Shown here one piece after another: positions 36,806 through 49,273 of a stretch of DNA of 52,573 bases. The position numbers were made by a program, and so were the translations under genes. The first letter of the stretch is position 1, and the number at the start of each line of letters is the position of its first letter. The stretch is from positions 1 through 52,573 of the forward strand of contig JAHBMJ010000256.1 in the NCBI GenBank assembly GCA_018398765.1. Direction: 5' to 3'. Under the pieces are notes generated by a model. The model was given only the letters and a program-made list of their open reading frames with translations. It was not told the DNA's origin and made no database searches. The DNA comes from Chromera velia (Eukaryota).

Positions 36806-37107
36806 CATTTAAAAATTATGTATTGATTCATCGTTTTTTGATACTACAATGTAACTACATTTTTAAAAAATGTGAATATTAAAATGACCAGAAGTTATCA
36901 TTACTTCATGATACATACTGACGCACGATATTAAAGCAACTGAATGATTTCATGTATAAAATTGCGCAGTAAAAACCTTTTTGGAAATTGGGAGCAAAAA
37001 GGAATGAAACATATAACGGTTTCCACCAGTCCTATGCATTGACAGTGAATTTGACACCTAAGTCACACCTTACATCTTTTCAAATAAATTTTGATGTCTT
37101 CCCGATT

Positions 37108-40100
37108 TTAGCCCCCTTTGATCACAAATTGAATTTTTCGTTTGTCACGAAGCTCCATAATCTGAAGGGCATTCGGAAGGTCGTTCATATCCCATCTGCA
37201 GAAAGAAAAGAAAAATACTCTACCTTGTGCGTCATTCGACCAGATCCGCTCAATCATGCCATAAACTCCGCACATCGTGAATGCAATTGCATGTCAAAAG
37301 CGGAGAGACACCACTCATGCAGAAACACATTCTGTACCCAAAAATTGCTTTCCTTCTTTGCAGCAACTCCGAAAAACAATTTTCGAACAAAAATCAGCAA
37401 GAGAGGCATTCAACCGACCAGCCAGCCAAATGAGCAACCAACAGCGGTGGCCACACCAACAAACTTGACTGCTTGCGGCGACAAAAAAAAGATACGAAAA
37501 AACGTGACTTCTCCATTAATTATTTCCACATGTCCGGCCACAAAAACAAAAGAAGGACCGACCTCTCCTTGGCGGACTCCGGGCTATCGCAGATACCCGA
37601 AGTGACATGACGCAGGACGACTCGTCTCTCAGCTTCCTCTCTGCACACATGCATCTACAGATCCCTCTGTCGGTGCAACACCATCCGATTCAACCAAGAC
37701 AGACAGACATGCATCAAAAGAGAACAAAGAAAGGGCCATGCACCTCCTTAATTTTACGGCTTGAAAGAGCAGCATGCGCATCAGCGAAAGACAACAAACC
37801 TAAATCGATTGCCCACAGACTCGATAGACAGCCAGACGCCAGCAGCAGGGAGAAGGTCGAATCCAAACCTGCATATACAGTCTTTCACCAGCCTTTCTGA
37901 CTTCTTATCTGCCGCAGAACTCCTAGCTTGACTGCTGCCTCACACCAGCAGTCTCTCTCATCCATCAATGGATGGCCGTCCTCTAGCTTGCCCCGCCCGC
38001 GTTGATCTCATTAGGAAAAAAAAGGTAAACGATCGAGGCAGGTAGATGCAGACAGACACATTTACATGCAGATGAAGGAGCTCACACGGGTGTATCCACA
38101 AAGACCGGCACATCGATGAATCGTCGGACGCTCCCGACCCAGGGCTCCTTCTCGAGAAGTAAGTAGTTGCCCTCACAAAAGACCAGTCTGCAAATGAGAA
38201 TGCGAGTGGAAAGTCGGAATGAGAAGAAACTCGGAATGCAAGGTTTGGATATTTTCGGGTTCTCAGGACCATGATGGGGTTAGGGAGTCCATTTCCTGTC
38301 CACACGCGCAAATGACTCCTCACAAGAAGGATCCCCCCCCTCCACGCCCTCTCTCCCCTCCTATAGAAGGCAAGAGACAGTCTCCCCTCCTATAGAAGGC
38401 AGGAGACAGAAAAAGAGGAAGAGAGAGAGAGAGAGAGAGAGAGAGGGGAGAGAGAGAAGGTGCTCCCTCACAAGTGTTCAGGCCGGACAGTCACACCGCC
38501 AGGCGAGGGATCCTGCACGGAAGTAGAGAAACAGGGCTCTCTAAGATCCGCAAATTGAAGTCAAGGGTCGGGTCGCGAGAACAAAAAATAACAGAACGCA
38601 GGATGCAATAGAGACGTCATGCATGAAAGGGAAATCAACACAACGGGAGCGAAGGCGAGGCTCAATACATTCATCAATGATTGAAGTCCAGCACAACCAC
38701 AGAGAAAGGTTGGAGAGCTGTAAAAGGAGAATTGGCACTAGTCTTCGAAAAAAAAAAACTGCTTCCACGAGATGGAGGGAAAGGAGGCCATCAACTCATC
38801 TTTTCAGAAGACAGGAAACGGCTCAAGCAGCTCGAAGCACGGGAGGGATCTGTAAAGGGAGGGGTTGGCCGCAAGAAGGGGTCGTCAGGAAAGGCGCTTG
38901 CGCTTCGAGTGACATTGGGATCTTCCACACAGATAACAGCCACGCCACTGTTGGCAGAAACCTGGAACAGAGCGCTTGTCACCTCTGTCTTTCTGTGTAT
39001 GTCGATGCATCTCTGTTTGCACAGAGAAGGCGTTTGTGCATTCTATATGCGTGCGAAACGAGTGTTGTGTACCTTTAGTGCGTGGTCGAATGTGGGAGCT
39101 TGAACGACTGTCCCTGTATCTTCCTTGGACTCCCCACTGCTTCGAAGCTGTTCCAGCAAAGCCCTGCAAATATCTCCCTCCACACATCAACGCACAAGAA
39201 CCATCAGCACCCGATCATCATCTTCTTTTCCGTAGATGCTCTCATAAAGAATCCCATCCTCTCTGACACAACTGATGCATTCTGTTTTGACCACATGAAG
39301 GAAGACGTTGGTAAATGTATGGATCAATGAGTGAACAAAGAGAGACAGAGAATCAACTCCTGCAAAGAACAAGGAGAATGGAGGTGAAAGGAGACCTGAG
39401 AGAACGAGGCAAAGAAAGAGAACCTCAAAAAGAGGAAGGGAAAAAAGGGAAGAGGGGTAGGAAAAGACCGGGGGCGAGAGGAAAGATACAGACTAGAACC
39501 CATTGAGACGTCATCTGCCACTTTTGTGTTCCCTCCCACTCTTTGAGTCATCCTTCTCTCTTCTTTCTGACTGACTGACTGACCCGAACCCCTCAGCATC
39601 GAAGGTCCACTCAGATCCCCGTCTCCTGTGGGCCTCTTCGGGATTTTCCATTCTGCATTCATTCTCCATACATGCACGCACACATCAACGGTGTGTGCAC
39701 ATGCTTCATCACGGCCTTCGTGCAAGGACATGGGAGCACAGACAGAAGGAAAAAAGCAGAGAGGCAACGAGGTGATGGTTGTTGAACTGTCTCTGAAAGG
39801 GGTCTGGGGGGGGGCAAAGAAGGGACCTGTGTGTGTGAAGAGTGAAAAACCAGCTGAACGCTGCACCCCAAAAAGATGGGGGGACTGGAGGGGAGGGCGT
39901 GCGGAGTGGGGAGCTGACATATGGGGAGTCTTCCTGCCTGTGCAGCCTTTCCTTGGGCCTCTCTGGGCCGGTTCGCTCTCTGTGTGCGTCTGTCTCCTTT
40001 TTTGACTTTCTTTTGCTCTGCCATTTAGAATGCTTCTCTTCCCTGCATACACTCCCCTGCTCCTTTTTTTCTCTGTGTGAAGCTGTCGTTGCTGTCAGTT

Positions 40101-41452
40101 CGACTGACCTGTCGAGCTGCGCCCTGGAGTAATGGAATCCATCCATGGGCACCACCACTGAGACCTCTGCAGACAGACAGACGCCCAAGAGGGAAAGGGG
40201 CTGTCTGAAGAAAGAAAAAGAAGAAGACACAGCAGAACAAAAAAGTACGGCGTACAAACGACAGGGGGGCGTCAAGTGGGAGCGGCAAGACAGGACGATA
40301 CTCTAGGCATCCAGAAACGCCCAGCTGGAAAAACGGTGAAGTTATAGTGGGAATGGACAAACGAATACAGCAGAAGAGAGACACGGCAGGATGTGGATGC
40401 AGAAGAAACAGAACAACACAAAAAAAGAATGGGAAAAACAGAGAATAATTCAATGGATGCTCGAACACTCGAATGGATCCACCCATCTTCAAACAACCTA
40501 AATCGAGCTGCAGCGCCCCCTCCCCTCCTTCCCTTTTCAAAATAGAAAGGCAACGAGCTACTTTCTCACGCCAATTATCCCCACCTCTTGAAGAGCCTTC
40601 GTTTCCCGTCATGTCCTCTTTTGCCTTCGTCTCTTTGAACCAAGCATTCACCTTCTCACAAACCGAACCGGCCAGTGTGGACTTTCCGCTCCCTGAGAAA
40701 GAAGAAGATGAGGGGCACAAGAGCATGGACAGATCTTCATATCAGCATTATTCTTACGTCCATAGAGGGAGACGGCCTGGTCTGTGCATGCATCTACAGA
40801 AAGAATGAGCAGGGGGAAGCGGGAGAGCGGGAGAGCGCGTACCCCTATGCACATCTTGATATATACTCAACTCCAAAATACTTTTACAAACGCATGCAGG
40901 TGCACACAAGAGTGAATTCCGTCTACTTCGGGGCTTTATCTTCAAACGCAGTTCAAAAGATCCAGAACAAGAGCATGGGGATCGTGAGTGCCCTCGTGAC
41001 CTCTTGAAAAGAAAAGCAGTCGACCACCTTCCAAAATTGTCCGACGGCTGTGCATGTATCTGCTCGCTTTACATCCGCCACAACAGCACTTTCTTTGCCT
41101 TCCGACCACTCATGTACTCACCGGGAATTCCCGCAATCCCAACGATAACTCTCTTCCCAGATTTGACGGCATCCGCGCAGAGCGTCTTCATCTGGTCCAC
41201 GAACACTTCTTCCGTGCATTCTGCTGGTCCGCCGTCTCCTGTACCATCACCTTTGCCGTCTCCGTCTCCTAGCGACAGACTCATCCCTCCTCGACCTCTT
41301 GAATGCCAAAACTCTGGGCTTCTACTGAGTGGACGGAGAAAGCCGTCCACTCTGATCGTCCGTAGACGGCCTGGGGCTGCCGAAAGAAAATCAGCTATCG
41401 GCGTCGACGGCGTGAAAATTGTGAAGACAACCAAGACAGTCCGGAGCGTCAT
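37108..41452 (-). CDS. YFH7-like P-loop kinase (phosphoribulokinase/uridine kinase/PanK superfamily), ~326 aa, probable bipartite plastid leader
   Basis: Exons 41452-41122, 40692-40570, 40166-40109, 39652-39584, 39163-39073, 38512-38472, 38187-38086, 37640-37563, 37195-37108(TAA); 981 nt. Motifs VGIAGIPGSGKST, VVPMDGFH, AHRRRGSEWTFD, APTFDHALKDP, CEGNYLLL, RVVLRH and NDLPNA appear in the order characteristic of the family. Confidence 0.88.
38352..38409. repeat. 29-bp tandem duplication, intronic
   Basis: tctcccctcctatagaaggcaRgagacag twice, one mismatch. Confidence 0.85.
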
Positions 41453-42281
41453 TACAACATGCAGCAGCCAGCCAGGAAAGAACCCATTGGGGTCTGAGTC
41501 ATTGCAAGTGACACAACATGCTGAAACCACGAGTACCGGTGAGTCTCTCCATGTGACTATGTGTGACTTGCACAACTTCTATAACACGGAGATGCTGGCG
41601 GCTGTGGACGGATATCATCATGGACGATCGGCCCCCGGGGTATCTTCTGTCTCGTATACGTGCGGGTGCATGCATGCCAGACTTAATTTCTCATCCCGTC
41701 TCGCCTCGTCTCCTCTCGATCGTCTCACACAGACTTCGTCTCATATCGCGAGGCCTCTAGCACTATATGTTTCGCCTCAGATCACGTCGTATTATGTCGT
41801 GCACGCCTGCTATGTTTTGATAGTGCGAGGCTATGTCATAGGCATTAATTGTTAATGTGTATGTGTCATAAGGGCTCTAAAGCTTCTAAGCATATCCAAG
41901 CAGAACAGCTTACTATAGCTCACTAGAGTTCTCTATAAACAGCCAGATACGTGGTTAATTATTGCATATTATTGCACTAAGTGAACTCTGCTATAACTTT
42001 TAACATATCTAAACATATCTCATCATCAGTTTAATACTGACATTTTTTTCTCTTTCTATTCTCTGCTAGTATATGCTAGGTAGACATACTTACTCACTCA
42101 CGCCCTTTGTCATTCACTTACATAAACATACAGTGCACTTAAACGCACTTATGCACTAAGAAGACACGGGCTTCTTATTCATTAAAACACGTATTTATCA
42201 CAAATGGACTGCGCAGGTTGCATAAACACAGACAAATTCAGTTTTAAACGCATTTGAGATACCATCAAAAACGGGCGTAAG

Positions 42282-45200
42282 CTACCGCTTCCAGGTGGGT
42301 TTCTTTCCCTTTTTTTTCTTTCCCTTTAATCGTTTTGCTTTTCCAGTCACAGAAGTTGCGTCTCGTTTGCTAAACTTCTTCTCCCTCTTCGACTTCGCCT
42401 TTTCCTGAACGGTCTGGGGCCTTCCTGGCGATCCCAAAAAGCCGTCCGAGTCCTCCAAGTCTTCCTCTTCTTCAAAGCTCTCTCCAACGTCCCGCCTGAA
42501 CCCACCCAGGCCCAATCCACTGCGGCCACCCCCCTTCCTTCGTTCCCCACCTGAAGAGCTAAAGAGGGGTGTCTCGTCTCCCTCTCCTCCTGCGGCACCC
42601 AACGACTCCTTCAACGCCGCACCCATCGGGAGGAACGAGTCTTTCCAGCCTTTCGGGGCCACACGAACATCAAAATTCGTATCGCTGCGGGGAAGAGGGA
42701 CACGCACACAAAGAAACACAGACAGAACGAGAGGACTCCATACCTTCCACAAGCGTGCCGTCTTCTCATGAAGAGGCACAAGCCTGAAAAAAAAATGGAA
42801 CCCGTATGTAGAGGAGACGAAATAGTGAGCCAGACAAGTAGACCCAGCCAAGGGAGTCAATCCAGTATCAAAACCATCCCAGTAGTAAAAAAAAGGGAAT
42901 CCGAAAAAGAGAGGTTCAACAGTAGGCACAACACTCACTGAGCATCCTTCACCCCCAACACATACATACAGACAGACAAACAGACCCTCCCGCCCCCCTT
43001 CCCTCCCAACCTCCAACCAATCAATCAAAAGGGCCGCTGACTGACCCTTGCCACCTCGCGAAAAAGAACCTCAGTGTCTCTCCGAGCCCCTTCCCTCCCC
43101 GAACCCCAGGAACGATGGATACTACAGGGTGATCCCAGTCGAGGAGCTCCATTGCTTCTTCCACTTCGTTGACCGACAAAGGGACGGAAGATTCGTTTTC
43201 CGAGGTTTCCCCTCCCATCAACGCTACGACCGACTCATGGAAAGGGCGGCAGAGGTCGCTGGTGCTACGCACAAGACCCGTGAGGGCAAAGTCCTCTGAA
43301 AGCCGACGACAGAGAGCGGCACTCCAGGCCGAACGTGCTGCCTCCCTACACAGCTGCATCATGCATGCAGACAGGTGCATGCATTTACTTTCATTCAAAG
43401 ATTTATTTCATGCATTTATTTATTCATTTCAAACGATTCTGCATGAAAATAAATGCATGCCTCCCTACACAGCTGCATGCAGGCAGGCACATTGGAGGAG
43501 GAGTGGTCCCTTCTCGTATGCAAGTTTTCACCACAAGGAAGGACATGAGCCTCTCTTCACACGGAGGAACGGTCGGCAGATTCAAAGACAGGAACAGGCA
43601 GAGAGAGGCACAAAACTGAGGAGAAGCAAATATCTCTCTGGCAAGTGGGAAGAGACAGACGACAGAGATCAAAAGCAGGACCTGATAAAGAGTTTAGCGG
43701 ATTTGACTGTCGAGCATCTGGCTGAATATTCCTGCCTGCTTGCCTGTACTTCTTACCCCTCTATTTGCCGCCCTCTCCATGTCTCCTTCGTCGACCCCTG
43801 CCATTCTTGCAGCCTCGAGGACGTTTAAGGCAATCTCGACGGCATCCTTGATTCCCTCTGCCTGCACGCACACACAGAGAGAGAGAGAGAGAGAAGGATG
43901 AGGTAGGCAGGCAGGCAGGCAGGCAGGCAGGCCAGCAGACGGGCATGCAGACAGATCTTTTTTTGTCGTTTTCTTTTTTTCGCGTACACAACAGACAATG
44001 AAAAAGGGAAGCAAAGAGAAACAGACAAACACACATGTGCTGTAGGGGAGGAAAAAACTATGTGTTGCGCGACACAACGCTTTTAAGCGCATCTTTTGTC
44101 TTGTGAAAGGCAATGGAGGAGTCAAAAGGACTTTGCGTCATCCGAACGAACTGATCGAAAGGGAAACTGCAACCTCCCCATGCAAAGACAGTGAGCCAAG
44201 CACAAATCCACAGCATCTTCTTTGGCCTGCACCTCTGTCTGTCAAACGTGTCCTCTGAACCTCCGCACTTCCTTTACCGGCCAACCCACGCACACATAAG
44301 TTGACCGACTGACTCACTGACCGACCGACCGGACATGTGCAGCTGATTTTGAGGGCGCCCCCTCCCCTCTGCAGTTCTGCGGATGCTTTTATTGCACACC
44401 CCCTGCACACAAAAGAACGCACCACTTTCAGATGCGTTTTTTACTCTCTCTGATCACACATCAAGAAGGGGTGCACACAAAAAGAGACGGAGAATACGGG
44501 CAGGCAGGCAGGCAGGCCTCTCCGAAATGCAGTCACAAAGTCAAACAGCCCCCCAATCATTGAATGGTCGGCACAGGCAGGGGAAAGTTCTGACACAGAA
44601 ATACTTGACAGAAACCGATAAAGCAAATCTATTTGCCCAACCCCCTCCCCTCTTCTCTCTAGAGGATTCTGCTGACCGCATAGCTTCGGCCACCCATGAG
44701 GAGTTCATGTCTCCAAACAAATCTGCCAGTGCTTCTAATTGCGTTCTGAATCTCAAGGCATCCGCAGAACTCCGAAACTCACGCACCCCGGGGGTGCGAA
44801 TCCAAATCGTGAATCTACTCATATCTTCTCGAACCGCCCCCCCACTGTCAGCCTTCGATTCTGGAAAAACAATCACGAGCCCCTTTCCCTTCTCCTTCTC
44901 CCCCTTTTCTGACATCTGCTCCTTCGGCGGTATCAACCGAGGAGCCCATTTTCTTTTCTCCCGGTGTAAGGGAGCAAACTCGTGTTTTGCACACAAAGGA
45001 ACAAAGTCAGCTAAAATACCGTCGCTTCCCCCCCCCCGTCCCTTCCTCTCTGTCAACACCTCCCGAGCAGTCAGAGCCTGAAGCAAACTTCCCCTTCCTG
45101 CAAATTCACCCTTCCCTTCCCACGCTCCTGGAGCCTTGAACACAAAATCTCCCCCTGCTGCTATTGCAGCCGAAGACGAAACTCCAGGGAACCACCCCGC

Positions 45201-46912
45201 GACAGACAGTCCCCCGACTCCCCCTTCCCCTTCCTTGCCTCCAAAAAGAGACCCAATGACTGAGGAAGCCAAACCCAAGTCTGGCGAGGCAACGGTGACT
45301 AGACCGTTAGAGGGAGTCCAAAAACGGTCGTAAAACGCCCTCAACTGCCCTTCGTGCAGCTCCTCGATCGAAGACTTCAAGCCGAAAAGCGGTCTTTCCA
45401 TCGACCCGAACTGAACTCCACCTTCGTTCTCACTCTCCTCCTCCCCCTCCCCCTCATTCTTCGTGCTGCGGCTACTGAAGAGGAGAGACTGCGTGATGTC
45501 CTTCACACGAGGGCTCTCCAGTCCGTCCAGTACCCCCCCTGTCCTCTGACGGATCTGCGAGCACTGTTTCCTGTACGGTAAAGAAAGGATGCGACAGGCA
45601 GGGGCAAAGAGTTCGGATCCCAGGAGGCAGGTCTGAACCACAACACCCGCAAACAAACACGAGGTCTGGAACCCAGAGAAGGAAAGTCGAGAAAGAGAAT
45701 GCGAGAGAGCGGCATTTGGTTTTTCAGGCGCTGCAGCCTCATGAGGCAAAAATCGGGATTCAAAAGGAAGGAAGGAAGGAAGGAAGCAAGGAAGGAAGGA
45801 AGAAAGGAAGGAAGGAAGAAAGGAAGGAAGGAAGGAAGGAAGGGAGGGAAGGAAAGAAGGAAGGAAGGAAGGAAGGAAGGAAGGAAAGAAAGAAATCGCA
45901 ACGGTGCAAGGAAAGAAAAGGACAGAAATCGTTCAAGAGGAAGGAAAGAAAGAAATTTTCGGCCATTCGAATGAGTTGTTGGGAGAGGATTCCCTGCCTG
46001 CTGACTTGATTGAATCGACCCGAGAAGGTTTCCAGTCGGGAAAGAGAACAGCCGCCTGCAGGCAGCGGTCATACGAAAACAGGGAACAAGGACGTGCGAG
46101 CAAGCATGCCGATGGGTATGCATATTCTCTTGGGATCAAAAGGGGGAAAAGGGGGTCAAGCGAACAAACGCGGTCCTCTTTGCAGACGGCCGCATTCGTT
46201 GGTGAGCTGCTGACACGCAAACTGGCAGGCAACTGACTTGCAGAAGACAGAGAGCGGGGACGACCGCCTCTTCGGGGACAGACATGGACAGAGAGGCGAG
46301 ATCGGAGTTGAGGGAGTACTCAAGCACTCCATCGGCAAGAAGGTCAACCGCCCTCTTCTCGGCCTCGTCCGCGTCTCCCAGGTCCACCGTTTTCGACACA
46401 GTTCGAGTCAGAATCCTCTGTGCGTTGTCATACAACCCACGGGCCACAGCGTGCGCTGTTCCAGGTGCTGCTTCACTCACGTGTTCAGCAGCGGTACCGG
46501 CAGCGAACGAAAGCCGGACATGCCACTCAGAGACGGCGTCTGAGGGCCTCTGTATGTGAAGAAACTGAAAGCCGTTCTTCAGACGCTGAAGAGAGACGCC
46601 CTCCCGTTGTGCCGAGAGTACAGGGTGGCTTTGGGACGGGGGGAAACGAGGGAGCGGGGGAGTGGGAGGACTCGGAGACGGGAGGAGACGGCCATCCATT
46701 TCCTGGTGGTCTTCCTCTTCACAAGCGACGAGCGAGTCCCGCAACGACTCTACAGCAAACACAAAAGGGATGCTCCTCGGACAGTGTCGTCCTCTCCTAT
46801 CATGCAGCCCTGCCTGACTCAGGAACGAAGCACAACACCCTCCAGTCCCCGTCGCTCGTCCCGTCAAATAAAAAAAATAAAAAAGAAGCGGGAGACTAAA
46901 AAACGCGGCCAT
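42282..46912 (-). CDS. M16 (insulinase/pitrilysin) peptidase-like protein lacking HxxEH, probable bipartite plastid leader
   Basis: Exons 46912-46238, 46055-46006, 45570-44605, 44402-44330, 43861-43757, 43353-43046, 42783-42282 (3' structure uncertain). M16 hallmarks: RLKNGF...VRLSFAAGTAAE...PGTAHAVAR, AVLFPDW, RPLFGLKSSIEELHEGQLRAFYDRFWTPSNGLVTV, GVDEGDMERA. N-terminus MAAFFSLPLLFYFFYLTGRATG. Confidence 0.72.
45765..45893. repeat. (GAAG)n microsatellite, intronic
   Basis: Direct reading. Confidence 0.9.
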
Positions 46913-47260
46913 TGCACTCCAATCACAACCCTCAACCAGCAGCAGAAAGGGAAGGAGTTGAGGCCGCGTGTCTCTCTGTCGGCACTTGTGAAATAAGGTC
47001 AGAAGTTCACGTGCGCTCCCCGGTTTATTCTCGTCAGTGAGACGAAGGTCAACGAACTCGTGTTGCTCTACGCACTCTTTTAAAGCATCAGACAGACACT
47101 TTTGCACACCAGCCGGCAAGTTGTGCTTCTGGAACAATGGTCGAAATGCAGGCGCAACATGCAGAAGATCTACACTGATTAGTCCCTGAAATCCGAACTC
47201 TGAGACATCCTCTTTCACCTGGCTAAATCCTTGCTAAGCAGCATTGAAAATCATTGAAAG

Positions 47261-47502
47261 CTAGAGCGCGCGTGCATCGAGATGTTGCAGAATCTCTTCG
47301 CGGGCCGGCCTATAGCTGCTCGCGCGGGCCGGCCGGCCGCGGGGGCCGTAGGGCCGCGGGCCGCGTGCATGCATGGGCCGAGGGGACAAGCCATGACAAG
47401 CCTTATTAGCTGCATGCATGCATGCGAGCGGCCAGGCAGGCCGAGTGCAATGGCCGTCTATGTGCCGTCTCCATGCCGTCTCCTGGCAAGCCGGACTGCA
47501 TG
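47261..47502. promoter_or_regulatory. GC-rich GGCC/TGCATGCA cluster in a divergent intergenic region
   Basis: TGCATGCA at 47366-47373 and 47411-47422 (overlapping pair), with many GGCC/CGCG palindromes, between the start codons at 46912(-) and 47882(+). Confidence 0.4.
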
Positions 47503-47881
47503 ATCGACAATACTGCACGTCAGTGCGTCCGGTTCCTGTTTGGGCAGACGAGTGTAGACGGGATTAAGCGGGCCGATTGACTTGGCCTACATGGACCAAT
47601 CGATGGACGACATAATTGGTGGCCCGTGCCGTGCCCGACAACGCCTGATGACACGAATCAACGAGAAATGAAGATTCGTGGGATGTGTTCATAACAATTG
47701 GCTACATATATATCATACCCCCCTCTCTTGATTGTTCAGAATTTACGGTCTCCGTGCATAAAATGGTGCCACTCGATTGACCCGCGAATCTGGACTTTGC
47801 TGAGTAACTCCCGCGTACAACGCCTTTCTCATTTATCATCCCGAAAAATCTCTCACCGCTTTCAATTGTGATTTTCGGACT

Positions 47882-49120
47882 ATGAGGGCAGATCCATTCC
47901 GAATTCTGTTCACGTCGGCTTTCTTCAACGCGGTCAGTCCTTGTCTCTCGCTCCATCCTTCTCACAATGCAGTCCCCGTTTTATGTACATAATACTCCCC
48001 ACCCCGTTTTGTGTCAGGTTCAAGGGGCTTCAGTCCTCAATCCCGATTCCTCCCTGGACAGAGAACGCATCTTCTTGGGTCCGTCAGCATGCTCGACCAG
48101 TTGAAGCCACGTGGTGCATTGTCGCCCCCTCGGCTCTTTCTGTTCTCTGTGCAGCCGTCCCCCTCAGCTGTCCAAGGTTCCACCTCACGTGGAATTGTCG
48201 CTCTCCGTTGCTTCCTTCGTTCTTTCTTTGTTTCATCCATCCATTCATCCATCCATCCATCTTTAATTCATTCATTCATTCATTCATTCATTTATTCATT
48301 CATTCATTTATTCATTCATTCATTTATTCATTCATTCATTCATTCATTCATTCATTCATTCATTCATTCATTTCATTCATTCATTCATTCATTCATTCAT
48401 TCATTCATTCATTCATCTTTCGTTCATCCATTATTCATTCATTCATTCATTCATTCATTCATTCCATTCATTCATTCATTCATTCATTCATTCATTCATT
48501 CATTCATTTATTCATTCATTCATCTTTCGTTCATCCATTATTCATTCATTCATTCATTCATTCATTCATTATTCATTCATTCATTATTCATTCATTCATT
48601 CATTCATTCATTCATTCATTCATTCGTTCGTTCGTTCGTTCGTTCGTTCGTTCGTTCGTTCGTTCGTTCGTTCGTTCGTTCGTTCGTTCGTTCGTTCGTT
48701 CGTTCGTTCATTCGTTCGTTTGTTCGTTCGTTCATTCGCTCCTGCGTTCGTTCGTTCATTCATTCATTCATTCGTTCATTCATTCATTCATCATACCATA
48801 TTCATTCATCTTTTCCCCCTTCCCCCTTCAGAGAAACAGAACACCTACCTGATTGATGCCGACAAACTTCTGCCCAACCAGGAGTACGAGATCAAACCGT
48901 CCTGGCTTGGATCGGTCAGCTGCCCTTCCGTCTCTATTTCGGTAGCTCTCTGCGTTTTTGCGTTTTTCTGTCCCTTTGTATGCTCTGCCCGCCTACTTCT
49001 TTGCCCATCTCTCTGTAACTGTCTCCTCTCCACTGCATGCGTGCATCTGTGTAGTTCGAGTCTGAGCCTTACCCTGAGTCTCTCTCTCTTTCTCTTTCTC
49101 TCTCTCTCTGTGTGTGTATG

Positions 49121-49152
<32 letters not shown>

Positions 49153-49229
49153 CGTGTGTGTGTGTGTAGGTGTGTGTGTAGATGTGTGTGTAGGTGTGTG
49201 TGTAGGTGTGTGTGTAGGTGTGTGTGTAG

Positions 49230-49273
<44 letters not shown>

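Noticed and set aside
36988..37605. 205-aa plus-strand ORF
   Set aside because: Antisense to the last two exons of the kinase gene; TTG start and no recognisable motif.
37108..41452. Naming the kinase phosphoribulokinase, uridine kinase or pantothenate kinase
   Set aside because: The motif set (MDGFH, RRGxxWTFD, FDHxxKDP, EGNYLL) fits the YFH7-like subfamily, whose substrate is not established.
41004..41855. 283-aa plus-strand ORF
   Set aside because: Antisense to kinase exon 1 and its upstream region; no independent support.
47941..48856. FIHS/FVRS-repeat ORFs of 281-303 aa
   Set aside because: They are translations of the intronic (TTCA)n/(TTCG)n microsatellite.
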